A DNA stretch of 64,000 nt, taken from the IMG/VR virus record IMGVR_UViG_3300025099_000014, positions 10,826 to 74,825 of that record; one strand, written 5' to 3'. Below the pieces are notes generated by a model. The model saw only the letters and a program-made list of their open reading frames with translations, had not been told where the DNA came from and made no database searches. Made by a program: the position numbers and the translations under genes. Below are positions 58,817 to 64,000 of the stretch, one piece after another. Position 1 is the stretch's first letter, and each line of letters begins with the position of its first letter. Source of the stretch: a virus.

Positions 58817-59077
58817 TTAATTCCTCATCATGGTTAAGTATTCATTAAACGGTATATCTTTTTCGTCTGATGCCATGTCATTTCTAAGCATATCACAGTA
58901 TACTATCAGTTCTGAAAATGTAACTAATGATTCTAGTTCCTCGGTTTCTAGTATTTCACATAGTTTATTTTCTAATATTCTACAATGATTACAAATTGGT
59001 ATTCCTTGTATTCTTGATTTAGTGCCTTCACCACTTGCATTACACAAGTTACACATGTTACTCTTCCTCCAATTCAA
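58817..59077 (-). CDS. Small zinc-finger protein
   Basis: CNLC...CNHC; the real start is probably MCNLC near 59056. Confidence 0.55.
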   Translation of the reverse strand: MNWRKSNMCNLCNASGEGTKSRIQGIPICNHCRILENKLCEILETEELESLVTFSELIVYCDMLRNDMASDEKDIPFNEYLTMMRN

Positions 59078-59288
59078 GTAGGTCGGCCGTCTGTTCGTCT
59101 AATATCATTTGCTGAATTAGTGTATCAATAATAGTCATCTGCCCTAGTATAAATGCTATTTTCTCTTCTGTTGTTTCTATCTTAAGGTCTCTGTGTCTCA
59201 TGTATTCTTCCATAGAAGAACACCCCACAATGTTCAATAACTGTCTCAATTCATTCTGTAGTGGTTGTACAAATTCTAGTAAATTCAT
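59058..59288 (-). CDS. Hypothetical protein
   Basis: 76-aa ORF, ATGA-coupled. Confidence 0.55.
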   Translation of the reverse strand: MNLLEFVQPLQNELRQLLNIVGCSSMEEYMRHRDLKIETTEEKIAFILGQMTIIDTLIQQMILDEQTADLLELEEE

Positions 59289-60037
59289 GTTCTTAGCCTC
59301 GGTGCTCTTAGTATCATAACATCATCTGTCTTAAACAAAATTGGGTTGCGGGTATTAGTAGCAATAGTTAAGTTACCTTTTAGGAACCTATGGAACGGTC
59401 CCGTATATTCAACTACAGCATCTTCACTTACCGCTTCCGAAAGTGTTATCCTTTCTTGGTAGTTTTCATTATTGTCTTCTGATGAAATAATAAGGTGTGT
59501 ATCTTTAACGTTAATATGATAGATACCACTACCAACCTGTTCGCACATCTTAAGTGCATTACTAAAAGACGCACTACTAGTTTTAATTACTGAACGAAGT
59601 GTTGTCCGTTCACTAATACTAATACCGTCTTCGCTTTCTATATCACCGCTAAGGTTTTTCCTACTCCTAAGAATAGTGTCAGCATTTGGGTGACGTGTTA
59701 ATACGGGGAAAGATGATGTAGTCCCTGTATTTTTATCCATATAGAATTTATTATCCTTTACAGATATTTTAATTGAGCCGCTATTACGCATATACTTTAT
59801 CGCAACAGACGCGTCAATTACTACATTACTTATCGCTTCAATGTTTGCTGCTGTAATACTGGTCCAAATAAAGGTAGTATTATCTGCATTAGCAAGATGA
59901 AGTTTGGTTCCTTCCGTCCATATCATAATTTCATTTCCTAAATAACTGGTTTTAATAGATGGACCAATAGCCCATTTACCTTTACAAACTACAGTTTCTA
60001 TCGCTCTTTTCAAATCTTTACAATCTACTGTCGTCAT
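59285..60037 (-). CDS. PCNA/sliding-clamp-like protein
   Basis: About 250 aa with a two-domain alpha/beta periodicity, C-terminal PILF...VMILRAPR typical of clamps; AGGTGA RBS before MTTVD. Confidence 0.6.
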   Translation of the reverse strand: MTTVDCKDLKRAIETVVCKGKWAIGPSIKTSYLGNEIMIWTEGTKLHLANADNTTFIWTSITAANIEAISNVVIDASVAIKYMRNSGSIKISVKDNKFYMDKNTGTTSSFPVLTRHPNADTILRSRKNLSGDIESEDGISISERTTLRSVIKTSSASFSNALKMCEQVGSGIYHINVKDTHLIISSEDNNENYQERITLSEAVSEDAVVEYTGPFHRFLKGNLTIATNTRNPILFKTDDVMILRAPRLRT

Positions 60038-60087
60038 ATTATCACCTAAAGTGAAGCAGTTTAGTGACTTGCTTAGGTCTGTACAAA

Positions 60088-61005
60088 TCAAAGAGTTCCG
60101 TCTTTAATCTGTGGAAGGCCGTGCCATGTGACTTTACCGCCTTCATTTTCCATAATTAGGAATTTCTGTCCTAGGTTTTCTGCATTTGTCTTTGACTTCT
60201 TTACTGTAGCATATAACTTTAATGACTTACCGCGTTCTTCACGACTCATCTCTATATACTGAAACAGTTTTGCAGTTGTTGACTTCTCCCAATCTGGCTT
60301 AGTTCCTACAATTTCAAACCCATCATGAACTTCTTTCATATGTGTAATGAAGAACTTATGACATTTAAGTTGTAGGGCTGCTTGAAATAGACGCTTATAC
60401 ATAGCATTTCTAGCATACCATTGGGTAGGAACCATCTTGACTTTATCAGCCTGTCTTGGGTCACCACCCTTAATATGATTAAGTCGTGCAATCATATTTG
60501 TTGTATCTAACCATGAATCGAGTCCATCAAAGATAATAGCCTTAACCGCTTCTACCTCAACAACTTCATCCTCATATTCAATCTTTCCTGTTTCAATTGC
60601 TTCATTAACCATAGCCATAAAGAAGCGTGACATATCTGCCGTCTTCTCATAATCTACAGTCATATCCTCATTATATACATAAGGATTAAAGATAACAACC
60701 TTTTCGTCTGAACTCCAATGTTGTCGCCATGTTGGTTCAGCACCTTCATCGTAATCTAATACGAATATCCAATGTGAATCTAATTCATCATCAGAACGAC
60801 AATCAAGACATGTGCCTGTTTTGCCGTCACCGGGATTACCACTAACTCCACAAACAAGGAATGCTTGTTCTTGTTCTAGAAGATTTTTACGTTGACTCAT
60901 GGCTCGCATCTTTGCTACCTTGAACGCACTATCTCCTAGATTTTCATTAGCCTTAGTTAAAACAGAACCTGCTGCCTTACCTGATTTACTCCCAATACCC
61001 ATCAA
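60088..61005 (-). CDS. RecA-superfamily ATPase (RadA/Sak4-like recombinase)
   Basis: Walker A GNPGDGKT, VLDYDEG, Walker B IIFDGLD, FFITH. Confidence 0.75.
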   Translation of the reverse strand: MMGIGSKSGKAAGSVLTKANENLGDSAFKVAKMRAMSQRKNLLEQEQAFLVCGVSGNPGDGKTGTCLDCRSDDELDSHWIFVLDYDEGAEPTWRQHWSSDEKVVIFNPYVYNEDMTVDYEKTADMSRFFMAMVNEAIETGKIEYEDEVVEVEAVKAIIFDGLDSWLDTTNMIARLNHIKGGDPRQADKVKMVPTQWYARNAMYKRLFQAALQLKCHKFFITHMKEVHDGFEIVGTKPDWEKSTTAKLFQYIEMSREERGKSLKLYATVKKSKTNAENLGQKFLIMENEGGKVTWHGLPQIKDGTL

Positions 61006-61211
61006 TTCACCACCTTATGATGTGTAGCGTATTGTTCCTTAATTGAATTAAGGTCCTTTTCACTAACCTGACGGGTATACATTTTTCCACTTGTTGTGTG
61101 TAGTCGAAGTGAGTATTGGCCTTTATCGTCCTCTAACTCCTTCCACTCTAAACTTTCCACCTTTCCAAAATCAACTACTAACTGATTTAATTTTACAATC
61201 ATTTGTTTCAC
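61002..61211 (-). CDS. Small hypothetical protein
   Basis: 69 aa; AGGTGA RBS. Confidence 0.6.
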   Translation of the reverse strand: MKQMIVKLNQLVVDFGKVESLEWKELEDDKGQYSLRLHTTSGKMYTRQVSEKDLNSIKEQYATHHKVVN

Positions 61212-61313
61212 CTTTTAATGGTTGGGCTTCGCACCCATTTGACCGTCATTTGCCTACGGTTACACATACTAACATAAAGTTTCCATCTCCTATTGTATAT
61301 TTCCCTTTAGGGA

Positions 61314-62579
61314 TTACCAATATTCAATACTGTTTTCTTCATCGCTAGATTCAGGGGCTTCTGGATTACCCAAAGCCACTCGCGGCAATACCCCATAAAG
61401 ATTAATTGAAACTGGGTTCCATTCATCTTCTAGTGCATTTCCATTATCATCCTTCTTTTGTGTTTGATTTGTTCGACCAATAATAATTACGTCTGAACCA
61501 ACTCCAAAGTCAATGTTTAGATACGAAGGAACCCAAATGGGTGTAGATTCAGGAACATCATCAGATTCAAAACCATAGTTTGCTTCTGCTGATTCAATCC
61601 ACATTGTCCTATTTCCTGTACGTTCATTTGGAGTAAGGTTCATACTACTAATAATACCATCAGTAATTACCAACTTCATGCCCGGTTCATTACGAATAGA
61701 ATCATGGTAGTCCTCAATTTCTAATAGGTCAGCAATATATCCGCCCATGTTTTCTACAAGAAGGTCTTCCATTAATAGACCATCTGTATTAACATATTCA
61801 TCTCCATCGGGGTCCATTACATCATTATATGTTAGGGACTCAAGAGTTTTACCACGAATACCATATACTGCATTTCGTTCTTCATTAAACAATCCGAATA
61901 GGTGAACCCATCGGAATGTATCACAAGCGAAGTTCTTAGCAGCATCATTCTTTAGACCTAGAGTCCAATACTGGAAATCACCATCTTCCTTTCGACCAAC
62001 GAAATGCGCTCTTAGCCTATATTCTTCTGCTGGTAGTGGCTTACCATATCGAGGGTTTACATCTCCACTACCAAATGTCTTGATATTATCAAGTGGGACA
62101 ATCCACTTAGAATCACCTTCTGTCCCAACTTCCATAGCGGAATTAGGGACTTCGGGGATATTCTTTGTATCAACATCACCATTTACGATTTGTGACTTTT
62201 CAAATACACCAGCAGATACTTCTGTAATTTCAGCAATATCTCCTGCGTTGAAAACCTCACTAGGGTTTGCATTATATCGAGACATAATATTACGTCGTCG
62301 CCAATCTTGCACATCCCTTGCTTGTTCAACACCAACTAGGAAACCAAAACCTTGATTCCCAAAGGTGCTTTTACTACTAGATGACTTAGAGCGTAAAGCC
62401 CCACGAACAAAATTACGCGTTAATGTTAGCGCAATCATGCCGGAGCGAGGCTGCTCCATATCTAGGTTGTTCTGTGTAGCAATTTCATTATACTTTGCTA
62501 CAATTTGTTCTTCATTCATACTAACTCTGTTACCTAATGCTTTCAATTCTTCTAATACTCGTTCTTGCATTGCATTCAC
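61314..62579 (-). CDS. Putative single-stranded DNA-binding (OB-fold/RPA-like) protein
   Basis: Beta-rich, OB-like LVITDGII...FGVGSDVIIIGRT and acidic C-terminal tail; adjacent to the recombinase. Confidence 0.55.
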   Translation of the reverse strand: MNAMQERVLEELKALGNRVSMNEEQIVAKYNEIATQNNLDMEQPRSGMIALTLTRNFVRGALRSKSSSSKSTFGNQGFGFLVGVEQARDVQDWRRRNIMSRYNANPSEVFNAGDIAEITEVSAGVFEKSQIVNGDVDTKNIPEVPNSAMEVGTEGDSKWIVPLDNIKTFGSGDVNPRYGKPLPAEEYRLRAHFVGRKEDGDFQYWTLGLKNDAAKNFACDTFRWVHLFGLFNEERNAVYGIRGKTLESLTYNDVMDPDGDEYVNTDGLLMEDLLVENMGGYIADLLEIEDYHDSIRNEPGMKLVITDGIISSMNLTPNERTGNRTMWIESAEANYGFESDDVPESTPIWVPSYLNIDFGVGSDVIIIGRTNQTQKKDDNGNALEDEWNPVSINLYGVLPRVALGNPEAPESSDEENSIEYW

Positions 62580-62644
62580 TTCCGTTTTTTTCTACTTAAG
62601 TCAAAGACCCTTGATGGGCCTCTGTCCACTGTTTTCTTAACGAT

Positions 62645-62667
62645 GAGAGGGTATATGAACCCCTCTC
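62645..62667. promoter_or_regulatory. Inverted repeat enclosing a TATA-like element
   Basis: GAGAGGG-TATATGAAC-CCCTCTC; minus-strand loop reads TTCATATA upstream of the SSB gene. Confidence 0.45.
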
Positions 62668-62702
62668 AACTATATACCTATCATTTTGTAGACATACTGG
62701 TT

Positions 62703-62945
62703 TTATTCTTCCTCAGTATGCAAACGATAGATGATACCATACCTACTTTTACGAATCGCTTCGTATTTCTTTTGTGCTTTAAGGTAGTGGCAAATCTTCC
62801 GATGTTCGGGAACATAGATGGTTGATTTGTTACCTGTATCAAACCATCTATTCATTATTTCATCAAGAACCTGTCTTGCTGTTCTTTCTCTTCCATCTTC
62901 CATAACCATGTCTATATATCGTTCTGAATGCTGTCGTCTTCCCAC
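62703..62945 (-). CDS. Small winged-helix-like protein (untagged paralogue of 1860/2117)
   Basis: IDMVMEDGRERTARQVLD...VPEHRKICHYL. Confidence 0.7.
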   Translation of the reverse strand: MGRRQHSERYIDMVMEDGRERTARQVLDEIMNRWFDTGNKSTIYVPEHRKICHYLKAQKKYEAIRKSRYGIIYRLHTEEE

Positions 62946-63100
62946 GACAAGCCCTCCTTAATATAAACTTCTTTAGGTGTTAAATTATCATTATAGTAAT
63001 CTCTTAACACTTTATATCTAATTTTATTTTCTCTCTTTTTGGGAATATAACCTATCCATTTATTAAATGAATAACCACACCCCTTTCTTATTTCATCCAT
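62912..63100 (-). CDS. Small hypothetical protein
   Basis: AGGAG RBS before MDEIRKG. Confidence 0.5.
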   Translation of the reverse strand: MDEIRKGCGYSFNKWIGYIPKKRENKIRYKVLRDYYNDNLTPKEVYIKEGLSWEDDSIQNDI

Positions 63101-63118
63101 TGAATGTTCTCCTAGTAA

Positions 63119-63172
63119 GTGGGAGAGAGATACGATACACAATAACCACTTTTATCGTTTCTCTCTGCCCAC
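63119..63172. other. Intergenic imperfect inverted repeat (about 18-bp stem)
   Basis: GTGGGAGAGAGATACGATA ... TATCGTTTCTCTCTGCCCAC. Confidence 0.6.
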
Positions 63173-63211
63173 AAAATAATAATAACTCATTATTAATATA
63201 GTTATTGTTAA

Positions 63212-63610
63212 TCATACTTCTTTAGCATCACGAATCATCCACTTAAGGTCTTCAATACCTTCGGCTGTTTTGTGAGCATCTTCCTTAACTTCAGTTAAGA
63301 AATTCTTCAATAATACCCAATGGTGTTCATTACCCTTTGGGAAAACGTCAGGGATTTCTTCCCAAAGTTCTATTAGATTAAACAATGACTCTCTCTTAGT
63401 TATAGCCAACACAGTTCCAGTGTTAGCGTTTTGAATACCACATTCAATTTCATACTGAGCGAGAGTATTCTGTAATTGGTTTAAGAATTCATTTCTTCCT
63501 CTTAGAAGAACTTGAGTTCTAATAACCGTTTTATTCTCTTCACCGTATATAGCGGTAAAGGGCTTTCCTAAACACATAAATATTCCTTTTAATTCATCTT
63601 TTGTATACAT
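63212..63610 (-). CDS. Hypothetical protein, possibly a degenerate LAGLIDADG fold
   Basis: Helix ELKGIFMCLG, strands, EFLNQLQNTL, then LAITKRESLFNLIEL; the catalytic acidic residue is absent. Confidence 0.45.
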   Translation of the reverse strand: MYTKDELKGIFMCLGKPFTAIYGEENKTVIRTQVLLRGRNEFLNQLQNTLAQYEIECGIQNANTGTVLAITKRESLFNLIELWEEIPDVFPKGNEHHWVLLKNFLTEVKEDAHKTAEGIEDLKWMIRDAKEV

Positions 63611-63847
63611 TTATACACCGCCGTAATTTTCGGCTTGTTCATCTACATGGTCATGGTATTTTTCATGACCTAGTAGAAATAGTCCTGCATCTTTTTTATT
63701 ACCAATAAAGGCTTCTAAGCATATGGGGCAGGTTACTTTAACCATTTCTGCTTCGAAAAATATACCTATATCAGTGGCATAAGTAATGATATCGCCTTCA
63801 ACAAAAATGTTTCTTGGCGCGTAGTCCTCCCACATATCATCGTCCAT
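63611..63847 (-). CDS. Small C2H2-type zinc-finger protein
   Basis: CPIC...GHEKYH. Confidence 0.6.
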   Translation of the reverse strand: MDDDMWEDYAPRNIFVEGDIITYATDIGIFFEAEMVKVTCPICLEAFIGNKKDAGLFLLGHEKYHDHVDEQAENYGGV

Positions 63848-63875
63848 ATCTAAATATACTACTTGGTAAGGTTAA

Positions 63876-63883
63876 TTATAAAT
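63876..63883 (-). promoter_or_regulatory. TATA box
   Basis: Minus-strand TTTATAAT about 29 nt upstream of ATG 63847. Confidence 0.45.
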
Positions 63884-64000
63884 CCTCTTATCGTTCATAG
63901 TTACCGACACCAAGATGAAACATATAATAATCTAAGGCTCTGTATACACAATCATAACAGTATGAGATGCCGTCACCCCGCATATTATGAATCATGCTTT

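Noticed and set aside
59054-59077. MNWRKSNM as an early-arm W-tag
   Set aside because: It lacks the two hydrophobic residues and the terminal Lys, and this start overlaps the upstream gene; the real start is probably MCNLC.
61217-61250. Possible small structured RNA (TGGG-CTTCGCA-CCCA hairpin) in the intergenic gap
   Set aside because: The stem is short, no tRNA cloverleaf or known ncRNA features are visible, and it cannot be distinguished from chance.
1-64000. tRNA genes, integrase/att sites, diversity-generating retroelement, alternative genetic code
   Set aside because: None recognised; core genes translate full length in the standard code, and no reverse transcriptase or template/variable repeat pair was noticed. 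Manual reading could miss weak cases.

Overview
A 64-kb, AT-rich, densely coded segment of a tailed dsDNA archaeal virus genome (Caudoviricetes, HK97-type head, siphovirus-like tail). The archaeal-type replication kit, GGTGA ribosome-binding sites and TATA-box promoters are most consistent with a Magrovirus-like virus of marine Poseidoniales (MGII); this host and taxon assignment is inference. The + strand (1-50007) holds the late/morphogenesis arm: probable TerS, TerL, a LAGLIDADG-domain protein, portal, ATP-dependent DNA ligase, prohead protease/scaffold, major capsid protein, neck, tail tube, a -1 frameshifted tail chaperone pair, tape measure, a 2587-aa tail protein and fibres. The - strand (50091-63847) holds the replication arm: exonuclease, MCM-like helicase, ERCC4 nuclease, PriS-PriL-like primase, Cas4-like nuclease, PolB, PCNA-like clamp, RecA-like ATPase and SSB. 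The two arms meet at a hairpin/poly-T terminator. The most striking unexplained signal is that at least 11 mostly unrelated late-arm ORFs start with the same ~8-residue tag, M-x-W-x-[DNE]-[IVT]-[ILV]-K. The tag resembles the scaffold C-terminal helix (LSWEEV) and ends in the same hydrophobic-x-K site that punctuates the scaffold and the capsid N-terminus. This suggests a modular capsid-targeting and protease-processed cargo-loading system that packages DNA-binding proteins and enzymes into the virion. No tRNA, CRISPR array, integrase or intein was seen. All product calls come from motif recognition by eye, without database searches.
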